DNA from: Camelus dromedarius | Taxonomy: Eukaryota | NCBI RefSeq assembly: GCF_036321535.1 | Contig: NC_087436.1 | Coordinates: 13,640,001 to 13,704,000, forward strand | Length of the DNA stretch: 64,000 bases | Reading direction: 5' to 3' | Part shown: positions 11,927-24,776 of the stretch, one piece after another | Position numbering within the stretch: the first letter of the stretch is position 1 | Layout of the letters: each line of letters opens with the position of its first letter | Position numbers and translations under genes: made by a program | The notes under the pieces: generated by a model | What the model was told of the DNA's origin: nothing | What the model saw: only the letters and a program-made list of their open reading frames with translations | Database searches by the model: none

Positions 11927-12804
11927 CTGCAAAGTATTCATAAATGCAATTAACTCCCGGAGAGCAAGCGTCCGTTAAGTGCATCGTGGACGATAAGCAT
12001 GACTGCTTTTTCTTTAATGTCTAGACCTGACCAACCAAATCAACCTGTGAAACTTGTTTATCCTGAGAGCCCACGTCCATCCATGGTGCCCCAGCCGCAG
12101 CTGAGCAGCAGAGGCAGAGGCTGCAGGACAACCTGACACGGTCGCTGGAAAGGGGACCTGCTTCCTGGAGCAGATGGGAGCTGGGGCTAGAGGCCTTTGA
12201 TGGAATGATGCTGTGAATGTAAAACATCACCTAGAAAACAGACCACACAGCCTTTGCTCAAACACTACAGGGATCTGACCGAGCCACCCATCCACTGCTG
12301 GACAACCCTAAATTCACTTTAATGTCAAGTTTAAGTTTATAAACAAATCATCTTCATTATATTTAGTCTCTCCATTCAGGAGAAAGATCTTTATTTATTC
12401 ACATCCTCTTTTATTCTCTCCAAGATTTCTAACTTTCTCTGGATAAAATTCTGTGTTCTAAATTTAACATTCAAGACTTGGTTCTTTATCACTGTGGTAG
12501 ACTTTCTCTCTTCCCACTCTTTTCTAGCTCCTTCTCACTGAAAGTAATTTATTAATTTTTTTAGAGCTAACTGTACAGTCTGCTTAATATTTCTCTCTTC
12601 TGTATTTTTAGGTTTTAAGTTTGTTTTATCCTTCAGTTATTGCTAGCATTTCCCATGCTACCTAAAAGAAGAAACAGTGATGGTATCTGATTCACTTTCA
12701 TTAAAATTACAAACTTCATGAGGGAGAAACTCTGCTTTATACACATACGAATACTGAACAAAAAGCTGCCAACTTATGGTATTAAAAGTATAACCACGAC
12801 AGCA

Positions 12805-13030
12805 CCAATTATTAAATAGTTCTTCCATGCCAGGCACTGGAATGTAATTAGGTGCATATATAAAATACTAAGCATTCCATAAACTTGTTGAATCTTCAAA
12901 CATTATTACGAGTGAGAAAGAGAAGGCTTGGAGAGGTTCAAGCATTTCCCCAGGATTACATGGAAGAGCCGGAATACCTGGAAACCTGAATGTCCAGTCC
13001 CACATGCTCTTAACCAAAAGAGCTACATTT
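12805..13030 (-). mobile_element. MIR
   Basis: ccatgccaggcactgg...gagaaggcttggagaggttcaagcatttccccagg...atgctcttaacc. Confidence 0.6.
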
Positions 13031-13549
13031 CTAAAAGCAAATGGACAAAAATAATGTAGGCCTTTGTATAACAAAGAATTCTAATAAGAATTTTAAGTTA
13101 AAGTTTTGAGTGTCTCGAAGACACTGAAACTATTCTTTCTGTCAATGTAGTAAATTAACCATGGTAATCATATCCTTTATCACAAAAGATGTAATGTTCT
13201 TGGGGAAAATCTTCAATCACTGATTAAAAATGTTTTCCAAGTGAGCTGCACCATCTTTCCAAATCTGAATAGAAAGGATATTGCCATGTAAAGGAAACTG
13301 GCATTATTTTTGGAATTTAAAATTATATATGATTAAATAGTAGTGGAGCAAAATACCTGTTAGCATCTTGGCCTCATTTACCTCTCAGCAGCCCTGGGAG
13401 ACTGCTTGGTGGAGAGAAAAGTGAGAGGGACAGAGCGGGGCAGGCTCCTAACACAACAAGGCAGTGCTGCCCAGACCACATACAAAGGGAAACAAGCATT
13501 ACTATTGTGTGTTTCCTACTGTAAAAACGTCTCCATTAAAAACCCACTC

Positions 13550-14069
13550 AATGTCTATTGACAGATGACTGGATAAAGAAGCTGTGGTATTTTTATACAA
13601 TGGAATACTACTCAGCCATAAATAATAATAAACTAATGCCATTTGCAGCAGCATGGATGGACCTGAAGATTGTCATTCTAAGTGATGTTAAGCCAGAAAG
13701 AGAAAGAAAAATACTGTATGGTATACCTTATATGTGGAATCTAAAAAAAAGACAAATGAACTTATTTACAAAACAGAAACAAACAGACACAGAGAACAAA
13801 CTTATGGTTACCAGAGGGAAAGGGGGTGGGAAGGGATACATTGGGGGTTCGAGATTTGCAGATACTAACTACTATATATAAAATAGATAAACAACAAGTT
13901 TCCACTGTAGAGCACAGGTAACTGTATTTAGTATCCCGTAGTAACACATAATGAAAAAGAATATGAAAACGAATATATGTACGTATACGTACGACTGAAT
14001 CACTATTCTGTGCACCAGAAATTGACACAACATTGTACATTGACTATGCTTCAATTAAAAAAAAAAAAA
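13550..14069 (+). mobile_element. 5'-truncated L1 (ORF2 C-terminus and 3' UTR)
   Basis: ORF 13558..13881 reads DWIKKLWYFYTMEYYSAI...FAAAWMDLKIVILS; poly(A); TSD-like aaaacc(c/t)act. Confidence 0.92.
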
Positions 14070-14958
14070 CCTACTTAAAAAGTCTGCTTTGACTCCTATT
14101 TTAACTCTCAGCTGGAGGTTATCTATGGCCTCCCTCTTTCAAGGTAATCTGGAGCCAACAGTGTACCTTTGGAGGGGGTGGTAAGGGCAGAGAAAGAAAA
14201 AAGCACCCAAGGCATTTAAATACGTTTGTGCATTAGAAATACAGTGATACGCATATGTGTGTTCACAGGTGTACGTGCGTATTTTTTTTAAGAGATGCTT
14301 CGTGTTTGAATTGATCTCTGGCACAGAACACCTGTGAGGAAAGTGCTCAGCTACACCAGTGACCCACAGAACGACTGCGTGAAAACTCAGAAACCAGGCT
14401 GCCAAGCTCCCAAACAACACCCTTGCCACATGACATGTTTACTCCCTCTCCTCAGTATTTATCCAAGACCTTCTGAGTGCCCAGAGCGTTAAGATTTTCA
14501 GAGAAATCCTTTTATATAGATGAGGTGACTATCACAGAAATTGGCTGGTTTGCTAAAAAAAATATGAAGTCAGTTTAGTGAGAGAAGATTTTTTTAATTG
14601 CTTTTACTTTATCTTGCCTTTAAAAAGAATCTGATGGGGCCAAGGAATCTTAGGAGAATTATAAATTACGGGGTCTCAAGTTTTATGGTTTTCTCCATAG
14701 CTCTGATTCAGTTTTTATTTCTTCACTCACAAGAATCTAAATAATCACATTAAAATGATTTGCAGGCTCACATGAACCAGGGGCTCCTGCTGCCTGAGTT
14801 AACTGGAAAAATCTGCTTTGCATACTTAATTCTAGAATATAAAAATAAGAGAGCCACATACATTACGTAAAGACACTCGGAACATAAATCAGTGAGGCCC
14901 AAATGCTATGCATCTAGTTTGTCAGCATTCTTTTTCCTGTTTAAAGACGACACCCTAC

Positions 14959-15031
14959 CTGGTAAGGGCAAGCTTTGGTGAGCTGGAATTCACCAGTTGT
15001 GAAATTAATCATCTGCGTATCGGTGCCAAAC
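14959..15031 (-). CDS. TMEM131L: TMEM131L exon ~19 ([24 protein letters not shown])
   Basis: 73 nt; tgtag|G, CAG|gtaggg. Confidence 0.93.
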
Positions 15032-15097
15032 CTACAAAGAAAAAAAAATGTGTAAAATAGCATTCAGAGCACCAAGGAAGAAAGAATTACATATAAT

Positions 15098-15120
15098 ACA
15101 CACACACACACACACACACA
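15098..15120. repeat. (CA)n microsatellite
   Basis: Read directly. Confidence 0.9.
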
Positions 15121-15334
15121 AGCACATGTACCTGCACACAGACGCAATCCACCTGTCCTTACACTCTGGGGTCCCAGCCCCTCACACCGTACCTGACATA
15201 TTCTAAGAACTCAATAAATACTGTGGAATGAATACCGCTGACAGCACAGAATGTAAAAAAGTATATGGTGACAAAAGCTCTAAAGATGAAGCAATTTCTT
15301 TTTCTTTAAATGGTCCACAGCTACGGAACCTGAT

Positions 15335-15548
15335 AGGAACTCTCGGCCAAGGACAGTTTTATCTCAGTGGACTCGTGGCCATGTCTGGAGATATTTGCTT
15401 GTCGCGGCTGGGGAGGTCCTACCGGCATCTACTGGGTGGAAACCAGGGTCGCTGCTAAACACCCCTCAAAGTACAGAACACCCCGTCCCCCTCCTTGAAC
15501 ACAGACTCCTCTGCTCTGCCACGTGAACAGGGCTGAAGCTCAGACCTG
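15335..15548. mobile_element. MER20-like DNA transposon remnant
   Basis: ggccatgtctggagatatt...ggcatctactgggtggaaaccagggtcgctgctaaacaccc. Confidence 0.72.
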
Positions 15549-16010
15549 GGGATCAGGGGAGGTCTTACTAAGCCAAAAGAGGAAACGTTCTAGGTGCAAC
15601 TGTGATTGCTATGCGAAAATTAGATGTAACAGACACGAACAATGTTACCGCATCTTGTTTATTACCAACATGAAATGAAAACGCACTAAACCACTAACGT
15701 CATTTCTCGCGTTGTGCAGAGGTCACCGGCATTTCGATGATAAATTTTAGGAGTGTATGTGAACCACTGTGACTGCAAAGGTTCCCTGACAAGAAAAGAA
15801 TATTCTGCTGGGGGCCTGGACTTGACCCAGGAAGACAAGACGTCACACGGTACACACAGCTGGGAACTGCCGTCAGGGGTGTGCACGGGCGGCTGGTGCA
15901 CAGCCACACACAGGCTCCGGGGAGAATGTGAAGGATGTTACACGATGCTGGGTCTAAACAGCACTTCCCCAAACCCCTCCCCCCGAGGAGTCTTCAGGAC
16001 TGGGCGTTAC

Positions 16011-16120
16011 CATTTGTGGAGCAGGCGCACAGCGGCCTCGGGTCTGGGGTACAGGGAGATGGGCAGGAGCTGCAGGGAGACTGGCAGAGAGGAAGGATTC
16101 TTCACCACAAAGTACTTCAC
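16011..16120 (-). CDS. TMEM131L: TMEM131L exon ~18 ([37 protein letters not shown])
   Basis: 110 nt; tctag|GTG, TG|gtaacg. Confidence 0.93.
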
Positions 16121-16296
16121 CTAGAGGCGGGGAGAGGAGAGTCAGAACCCCGAGAAAGGCTGCACCGCTCCTGAGACGTTCCTGCAAAAACGCATCCCCT
16201 GCAGCTAACCATGCAAAGCAACGCAGCCATCAGCTCGAGGGACAGCCCGGAGAACAGACGGCCTGAACGCCTCAAAAGTGCCTGCACTCTGATAAG

Positions 16297-16650
16297 ATTT
16301 CTTTCTGTTTCTTTGTGTCATCTTCAATTTCCTTCATCAGTGTTTTACAGTTTTCAGAGTACAGGTAATCTCCTTGGTTAAGTTTATTTCTAGGTATTTT
16401 GGTCTTTTTGATGCAAAAGAAGTGCCCATTATAAAATTCTGGTTTTTGAAGAGGAAAAAAAAAAAGTGAATGAAGGGCTGCAAATGGCAAAATATCCTTC
16501 TTTCTTACGGGTGAGCTGTATTCCATTACATATATATGCTGCACCTTATTTATCCATTCATCTAGTGATGTGCATTTAGGATGCTTCCATATCTTGGCAC
16601 TTATAAATAATGTTGCTGTTAATAGTGGGCTGTATATGTCTTTCTGAATT
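16297..16650 (-). mobile_element. Two antisense L1 ORF2 fragments separated by a 60-bp A-tailed spacer
   Basis: ORF 16272..16544 contains MEYSSPVRKKDILPFAA and LYSENCKTLMKEIEDDTKK. Confidence 0.82.
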
Positions 16651-16651
16651 A

Positions 16652-16876
16652 ATTCTTATTTTGTGGTTGGCTTTATTCCATTGGTAACTATGTAAGCTTA
16701 AAAAGCTAAAGCTTTAAACGTTCTTAGAAACAATGAACAGTACATACATGTAAATTTTTTAAAATATGTGCAGTATATCGTGTATATGTATTTACATGCA
16801 ATATATTGTATATGTGCAGTCAAATTGTAACAATTCTACCTAATAAAACTGAAAAATGGGGGGAAAAAAAAAAAAA
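16652..16876 (+). mobile_element. Poly(A)-tailed retroposon 3' end, copy 1 (probably a camelid L1 3' UTR)
   Basis: Closely similar to 53144-53362; AATAAA at 16842, then an A tail. Confidence 0.75.
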
Positions 16877-16989
16877 GAGTGTGCTCTGAGAAGAGAGACT
16901 AAGGAAGATCCAAGGAGGGGAAGCCACCTGACCAGCCCCTGAGAGATCCTGGATCAGCCAGGACCAAAAAAAAAGCCACAAAGCCTGCT

Positions 16990-17325
16990 GGTGGGATAAC
17001 TGGGAGAGCTGGAAGGCAGACTGCAGGTGAGAGAACGTTATTATGATTAATGTTACATTTCCTGATTCCGATCATTATCCTCTGACATGTCAGAAGATGT
17101 TGCCCTTTGGAAATTCACACGGGAGTAGTAGTTAGAGGTGGAGGCATAACGTCTGGCCCTCTCAAGTGGCCCCTAAAAATGCGTGTGCGTGGAAAGAGAG
17201 AGGAAGCCGTGGAGCGAGTGTGGCAAACGTCAGAGATGGATGCGTCTTTGTGAAGGGCAATGGGGAGGTCTTGTCCCCTCTTGAAACTTTTCTCCAAGTT
17301 GAAATGATTTCAAAATAAAAGTTTC
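16990..17325 (+). mobile_element. Old L1M (L1MC/L1ME-type) 3' end
   Basis: attaatgttacatttcctgattcc...aacttttctccaagttgaaatgatttcaaaataaaagtt. Confidence 0.65.
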
Positions 17326-17342
17326 ATTAAAAAGCAGTTTTA

Positions 17343-17520
17343 GTAGCACAGGGAACTATATTCAACGTCTCGTAGTAACTTATGGTGAGAAAGAATATGA
17401 AAACAAATATATGTTTGTTCCTATATGACTGAAGCATTATGCTGTACACCAGCAATTGAGACAACATTGTGTCAACGGACTGTACTACAATAAAAATATA
17501 TATACTGAAAAAAAAAAAAA
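17343..17520 (+). mobile_element. Short L1 3' end
   Basis: TSD aaaagcagttttag; poly(A). Confidence 0.9.
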
Positions 17521-18122
17521 GCAGTTTTAGGATGTCTTGCCTAAGAAACTCAACAAGCACCTGAATAAGTGTAACTTACTACTCAGACCACGTGTGATCT
17601 AGCTCTTGGGCAAGGAAGCTTACGAGACAAAAACTCAGGTCTGCTGGCGTCTTCTTTCCCTCTGCCCTCCCTCCCCACCACCCCTGCTGGGGGAGAGAGG
17701 CCCACAGTCGGGCGCCAGCGGCCGAGGATGAGGATGGCGGGGCAGCAGGCATCACCGAGCCGCTTCCCAGACCTCTCCCAGCGAGCGCCGCACCCCCTCC
17801 CACCTGCCGAAGCCTGTGTCAGTCACGATTCTCTGTGGTGGGCAGCTGAATACTTGCTCAGCTGGCAGATTTTGAATTGAACACAGACTTCATAAAACGT
17901 ATTTCTTTTATGCACTTCCAGTCTGTTTCAGAGTTTTATTCCTTACTTTGTCCTTTGGACACCTCCCCACTCCAAGGGCTGAGTGGCAGGTGTGTGTCAC
18001 TTAAATTTAAAAGAATTCTGGTTCTGAAGCAGCATCTCAAGGTGGAAAGACTCTGGTAACATAAAAACCCAAGTGCTGGGGTGTCCCTGGCGGAGAGATG
18101 AAAAGACACCGAGGATGCTCAC

Positions 18123-18264
18123 CACGCTGCTCCTCAGGGCGGTGGCGCTGAAGTTCAGCATAACGCCAGGCTGAGGGATCAGGCGAGGCAGGAAGGAAGC
18201 AAAGGGTTCTGACTCCCTGGATCGCTTCGAGTGGGCAAACCGCGTTGTTCCTAATACACTCCTC
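18123..18264 (-). CDS. TMEM131L: TMEM131L exon ~17 ([47 protein letters not shown])
   Basis: 142 nt; cccag|G, GTG|gtgagc. Confidence 0.93.
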
Positions 18265-18324
18265 CTGGGTGATTCATAAAGAAAGAAATCATCAAAATAA
18301 CTTGGGCAGAAAAAAGGGAAATCA

Positions 18325-19525
18325 CTAAATATCACTCCCCCTAAAAGGAGTAAGAGGCTTTTGGAAATAAAAATGGCTTCTTCCGGGTCTGGGGAAGCCC
18401 GAGTACAGGATGACCCTGGAACATCCCGTTTTACTAGAAAGCAAGAAAGTGCTCGAAGAATGATGGGCATGTGTCAAAGGGACCCACGAGCGAGCCTTGA
18501 AGGACGCCCTCAGCCAAATTTGGGACAAGTTGGCATCAAAGATAATAATGATGGTAATGGTGGCAATAACCAAAAAATCCACAGTGATGCCCAAAAAGAG
18601 TGTAGAGTGAATCATTAGAAACCACCATTTTTGCAGCCAGCAATTCAACAAGTGATCCCAGGCAAGGATTATCGATGGTTAATAAAATCACAGTGGGAAA
18701 CATTCTGAGGGAACAGGAAATGTGCAAGGTCTCCAATGATCACAGCCCATATAGCTTTTTACTTGCCAAAGGAAAAACACCTACAACGGACAGAGGCCTG
18801 TCACACATACAACAGCAAGTCAAAGGATTCAACTGTGCTACGCCAGTAATGGGACCAACTGACATCGACGGGCCTCCTGAAGTGACAAGGACCCAGGGCC
18901 AACTGAGTCATCAGCACTCTTCCCCAGAATGTTTAACAGGAAGGCAAACTTAAAGCAGCAACGGGCAAAATCCAGAGTGCTGAATGTCCTATGAGACTGG
19001 CTAGGATGCTCTGAAAGATCAATATGATGAAAAAGGAAGAAAAGGGAGGGGACAGTAGTCTAAAGAAAATTAAGGGAACGTGGCCACCAAATGCAACGCA
19101 TGATCCTGGATTTTAAAAAAAAAAAGAAAAAAAAGGAGAAAGAAAAAGAAAGCTGTAACAGATATTTGGGGGGCCAACTTGGGAAATGTGAATACGGAAC
19201 ACATGTTAGATAACATAATTGTATCAATATGAAGTTTGCAGGGTATGTAATGACAGTGCTGTTATATGTAGGAGAAAATTCTCCTTAGGAAAGAAATTAT
19301 TCCCTAATGAAGCACTGGGGGCTGAAGTGTGACATTGACAGTTTACTTCCAAGTGACTCAGCACAAAGGGAACGTGTGTGTGCACGTAGATACAGACGGA
19401 GAGAGAGAGAAAAGAGCAAAAGTGCTAACATGTCAACAACTGGGGAGTCCAGAGGGGGAACGTTTGCATATTCACTGTACTAGACTTTACAATTCTTCTG
19501 ACCTTTGAAATTTTTCAAAATAAGA
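18325..19525 (+). mobile_element. Old L1MC-type 3' region
   Basis: ctaaaaggag...gggtctggggaagcccgagtacaggatgaccctggaacatc and terminal tttgaaatttttcaaaataa resemble the recalled L1MC3/4 3' UTR. Confidence 0.65.
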
Positions 19526-19642
19526 GGCTGGAGAGAAAAATCTCAATTATTAAAAAATTACGTACTGAAATTTCAATAAACTCCTAGGTTTAACCGTCTC
19601 CCCAGTGCTAAGTAAATGAAATGAAGAAGGGTGAAGACCTAC

Positions 19643-19760
19643 CTGCAGACATCACCATTTTTAAATTTCTTCCATCTTTCATACAACTTATTTGAAAGTT
19701 CGGAATCCACATCCCAGGTAGACCGATCCAGAGAAAGGCTCCCTTCCCAATTAGGATTTT
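19643..19760 (-). CDS. TMEM131L: TMEM131L exon ~16 ([40 protein letters not shown])
   Basis: 118 nt; tttag|AA, AG|gtaggt. Confidence 0.94.
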
Positions 19761-20832
19761 CTAAAAGTTAGATCAGATTTACTAGTTAGATGTACAAAAA
19801 AAAAAAAAAAAAAAAAACCCACAATTTACTTAGTAGCTGAGTGTTCAAAACTTCTCAAAATGAGAGGCCGGTAAAGTGATCAGTGCCCCCCTCTCTCCTC
19901 TGACTACTGTCCTGAAAGCCCCTCTAACTCAATGGCAAATGATATACCAACTCAAACAAACATGTGTAAAACAAAACTCAATCGAATTATGTGAAGGTAA
20001 TAACATAAAAGACACATGGCTCGTGGAGACAGCCTGAAACAAGTTAAAATTATACTTGGAACATGTTTAACAGCTTTAAATCTAAAAAGCTAAACTATTT
20101 CCAGGTCAGTGCTGGTCATCATCTAAGTTAGTTTACTCTGTTGAAGGCTGATGGACAAACAGCAAACCTCAGAAGAGGACACCAGCAGGGCTCCGCAGAG
20201 AGAAGGTGTGTGTTTACGTTTATAAACTGGTGCCCTGCTCACCACGCCCTCCTGACCTATCCATTCTGTCTTGTCTGTGCTGAAGAGCGTATTAGCATCT
20301 CCCAAAAGAAATCTCTGTACTAGAATGTTCTCTTTAGGTTAAATATTTTTAATAAGTCAAAAGGCAGGGAAAGACCTAGAGATGGCTTTATCTCAACACC
20401 CTGGCTGTCGGTTCACACAGCACTAACGCTCCCTGTAAGACATTCATGCTCCTATACTGACGTCTTCAAATTCAATTTCACATTATTTTTTACCAACTTC
20501 TAGTTAGCCCTTTTATAAAGGAACCAGAATCTTCCAATTTTTCCTGGTGACAAGGTTGCTATGATGCTCAAATAACATGTCTGAAGAAAACCCTTGTGAA
20601 AAGGACAAGCCACTTGAAGGGGGCATTAACTACCCGAGCACCTCAGATGTTTTTGGAGGATTCTTAACAGTATCAAGTCATTCCATTAATGATCATGCTC
20701 TTTGAGAATAGAATATGATGCAATTACGTGAACAGGACTAATGATTTCATCTACAGATGCTAATTTTGCTCACTACTTCCCACCCCACCCCAAACTAGAG
20801 TTCTACAGAAAACCTAAGGGCAAAATACTTAC

Positions 20833-20902
20833 CCGCTTTTGATTTTCCCATGAAATAATGCATGCCACAATGTGCTATCACTTCAAAACCCAGACTCCCT
20901 TC
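20833..20902 (-). CDS. TMEM131L: TMEM131L exon ~15 ([23 protein letters not shown])
   Basis: 70 nt; tctag|GAA, G|gtaagt. Confidence 0.93.
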
Positions 20903-22177
20903 CTAGATTGAAAAGTAATATATGAATAACTTAAAGCACAACACTAAACACAAAAACCCTCATGCACTCAAATGCGTAGCTGGCGTTGGCCTCCACCTCA
21001 GTGAGCTTCCCTTTTACCAGAAGCCAAACAACTAGAAAACGGATTCTTGGCTTTCTGTGCCCTTGAGTGACAGCTCTCCCTGTCTCTCACAGGGAGTGGA
21101 TTCTGTGCCCAAAATCAATCATCATAATCAATGCCCAGAGTGACAAACCCTGGGCCCAACAGACACCAGGCTGCCTTTGGAATTAAGAGGACATTCTTAG
21201 CAGGGTTTTTAAAAAACTGTATTCTAATCCTGTAGTATTAGAATGACCCGCTTCCTAGGTTAGGAAAATGCGGACCGGCAACTTCCACACACACCTGCAA
21301 CCTGCCTGCTCCCGCCCACGGTCACTCTGCTTGTAAAGCATCGCCGGTTTGGAAGAAGGAAATTTCTATGAAACCTCCCCTGCTCAAAATAGGGATGAAT
21401 GGAATTAACCTTACGTTTTGTTTAGTTTCACTTTAGAAGCCCTGTCTTTATGCTTATAGTGAAACATGAGGCATGTCTATCTATGAAACACCAACGCTAA
21501 GTAAGTGAGAAAAATCATAAAGATGGTTGCATGAATGTCTCATAGTGAAAAATTAGAACCCAGCATTATACAGAATAGCTTGGATCCAAAAGAAGCAATA
21601 ACAGTAACTAAATGAAAAGAAAGAAACATTAAGAAAAAATGAGGCATGTTTAAGCTAAGATTTAAACTAAATACAACAGACCCAGATTTTAGAAAGCATT
21701 TTAACTGTGGACCCTTGCAGGCTTTAGATTTGGCCCATTAAGGATATTCAAGGATTGTCAGCGACTGAGAGTCACTTACCAGACATCTAAATAAAGCAGT
21801 TAACAATTTAGTTTATCTAAAGTCATTGCAAGTATGCCCTAAAAGTTCAAATGTGTTTTCTACAGCAGGCACATACGCCTTGCTCTATAAATTCTGGAAA
21901 TAAATGAAAGAAATCTTCAACTTGCAGTGTCTTATTTCATTCAAGAATTACCTCAGATTACTTCAGAAAAATAGAAATTCTTTCTAAATAAAGATTTCCA
22001 TATCTAAATAGTTTATCACCTAAGACTGTCCTGATAATGTCCTTCAATTCCTTAGATAGCCTTCAAGAACATCATTTTAACCCGGTCAATAAAATCCAAG
22101 CACCATGAGATAAATTAATACAAAGAAACAGTCATTACTACAAAAATCATAACACGTATATAGCATGTGGACAATAC

Positions 22178-22348
22178 CTTGGTCGGGGCTGAGTAAATGT
22201 GCAGAGGTATTACAAAACTGGCACCTATGTTGGTAGTCAGAAATACATGGGTGAATAGATTTATGGCAATGTCTTTAACAGCAAGTTTCAAAGAAAATAT
22301 TTTCCAACAGCCTGGAGGTAGAAATAAAGGGCCAGTGAAATTCAGAAT
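22178..22348 (-). CDS. TMEM131L: TMEM131L exon ~14 ([36 protein letters not shown]...YSAPTK)
   Basis: 171 nt; tttag|ATT, AAG|gtattg. Confidence 0.94.
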
Positions 22349-22899
22349 CTAAAAAGAAAAGAAGTAAGAGAAATTACTTTCCTAAATACCACTAATAAGG
22401 ATTAAGATCATTATAATGTATCGTACTAATGTTCTTCTCCACTTCGAGAAATACCATTTTATGCAATTATCTCCAGGTCAAAAATTGAACTATTTTTAGA
22501 TAAGTGGTACACCTCACATAATATTTAACATGCAAGTGTTTTTAAATTTCACAAAAGTCATCTTGAAGTTTTCATAGGTGGTATTTTACAAAAATCTACT
22601 CTTTCCTCATGAACCAGGCTTATTTTTACTAAATATCATCTTTTTAGGCTAAATTATAATTTACAATACTCTTAACTCATGGTAATAGCAAATATCTCCA
22701 ATCGATATATCCTGGTCTCTGTAAGCTACTTGAACAACAGTTTGAAAAAAGTAAAGAGAGCCTCAAAGTAATTCTGAAAGAAAAACACTTGCTTTAAAAT
22801 TCATCAGTAAAAATTAGATCCTATAAATATCAAGTTCATAGCATTTGACTTGAAACCAATTAAAATAGTCTCCAACTTGGATGAAAGTACCATGTGTAC

Positions 22900-23053
22900 C
22901 TTTAAAATGTGCTTGGTCTCCTTGGAAACAAACACATCATGCAAGACAACGCTACGGTCAAAATGGTTGAGGTACCACATTGACCAAAGTCCTGACGCGT
23001 TCTCGTGAGTCTCCATGTGAAACTGGGTTGCAGAGGAGTCCATTCTAAAGTAC
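22900..23053 (-). CDS. TMEM131L: TMEM131L exon ~13 ([27 protein letters not shown]...KETKHILK)
   Basis: 154 nt; cacag|G, AAG|gtacac. Confidence 0.94.
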
Positions 23054-23670
23054 CTGTGAACATAAGACATGCGTGCTGTCAGCCCTGAGTGTGAAACCGT
23101 CTCACAAGAATCTCAAGAGATTCAAGAAGAACAGCATCACAGAACATCAGAAAATGAACGTTAGCGCTGGAAAGGATGGAACCCATCACCTTCCTCAACT
23201 CTCCTGCCCACAAGGGGAGCATCTGAAGGCCAGAGGGTGCAGTGGGGCCAGGACCAGGATGGCTCACAGAGGCCACAGGGCAAAAGTAGGACCCGAAAGT
23301 AACTCAGAAACATGGCGGGGGTACTTCTTCCTACCCCCACCCTGCACCTGGCTGCCTGGCCGGAGCCCATCCAAGACCTTCAGGTTCCTCCTTCCCACTC
23401 TGCAAACCACCCTCGCACTGCCTGTAGCAGGGAAGGCAAATCCTGAAGAGAGAATCAGACGAGTCTCAGTTATATATCTATAAATTTTTTTTTTAACATA
23501 AAATACATAGGGGCCACAGGAAAGGATTGCAGCCTGCACCACAGAGCAAACGTCTTAAAACTTCGTACAACCATCCCTCTTCTTCAGAGTTCAGCTACAT
23601 TTTTAAATTATCTCTAGATGGGGAGGGATAAAAAAAACATACGATTCCAGGGAAAGTGGAATTAACCCAC

Positions 23671-23767
23671 CCTTGAACCACAGGAGCGGAGAGGCAGGCT
23701 TTTAGTGTTGGAGTGTGTTTTGTTTCCTTCACATCTTCTTTCATTCCACTGTCACAAGACAACGTAG
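23671..23767 (-). CDS. TMEM131L: TMEM131L exon ~12 ([33 protein letters not shown])
   Basis: 97 nt; aaacag|CT, GG|gtgggt; phases fit both neighbours. Confidence 0.9.
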
Positions 23768-23899
23768 CTGTTTGGAGGTAGAAGGAAATAAATGTGAAGG
23801 ATAAGTATCTCTTCTTTCATTACTGAGGGAAATGATAACCCACAATGACCAGTCTCCTGTCAGGAGATGCTCTGTTGCACAAACAATGCACATTTCTGG

Positions 23900-24240
23900 A
23901 GGTAGAGTTCTGAACACATACACGAGTGTATATGTACATAAATTCCTAAAGGTAGAATTAAGGATCGAAGCCCATAACATGTACGTTCATACATTTTCAT
24001 AGAGATCACCAATTTTCCCTCCAAAAAGCCTGTATCCATTTATACCTGTGTCAAAAATATGAGTGTTTTTTTTCTTCCTAATCATTACCAAAACGGAACA
24101 TCAACAGTCTTTATGATCTTCAATAGAGCTAAGTAATAAATTATATCTCACTTATTGCCTTAGCATATCTTTCAGTATGAGTGAGGTGGGGCTTGTTTTT
24201 ATATGTTTATCTGCATTTCTTTACAGAAATATTTTTAACT
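23900..24240 (-). mobile_element. Degenerate L1M fragment
   Basis: aattttccctccaaaaagcctgtatccatttatacc...atgagtgaggtggggcttgtttttatatgtttat. Confidence 0.55.
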
Positions 24241-24458
24241 CTAAGTAAGAGCCTAAAGGATTAGGTTTATACTCCAGCGCTAGTCAGTCTGCACCACGTT
24301 CTACACAAAAAAACGAAACTGGGGCAGCACCACCTCTTTGTAAAAGCAGCACGTCCATCAGACGCATTTGCAACCTGGTCTTTCAAATCGCCAACTGAGT
24401 GATGGTTTACAAATTCAAAATTCTACACATGTAGCAGAATAAAAGCCACATCCCCAAT

Positions 24459-24584
24459 GGGAGGGCACAGCTCAGTGGGAAAGTGTGTGCTTAGCATGAA
24501 CGAGGTCCTGGGTTCAATCCCCAGTGCCTCCATTTAAATAAATCAACAGATAAACTAATTACCTCCTCCCCGCCACCAAAAAAA
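24459..24584 (+). mobile_element. Vic-1-like SINE
   Basis: SINE head, body and A tail. Confidence 0.9.
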
Positions 24585-24776
24585 GTGGCAGCATCAATCA
24601 CTTTTTCCATCATGCTATCTCAGAACTACCAAGGCTGTGGAATTGAAACCAAACCCATTCATTTCTTACAACCTTGCCTAGGCTTAGCTGTGAGTCATTT
24701 TACAGAAAGAATGGCCATCCTAACAGCTAGATACCCAAAACACAAAGACAACCTTCGGTATTTTTTAAATCTGTAC

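Noticed and set aside
18361..18953. Plus-strand ORFs antisense to TMEM131L
   Set aside because: They lie in an old L1MC-like region and show no recognisable protein signal.
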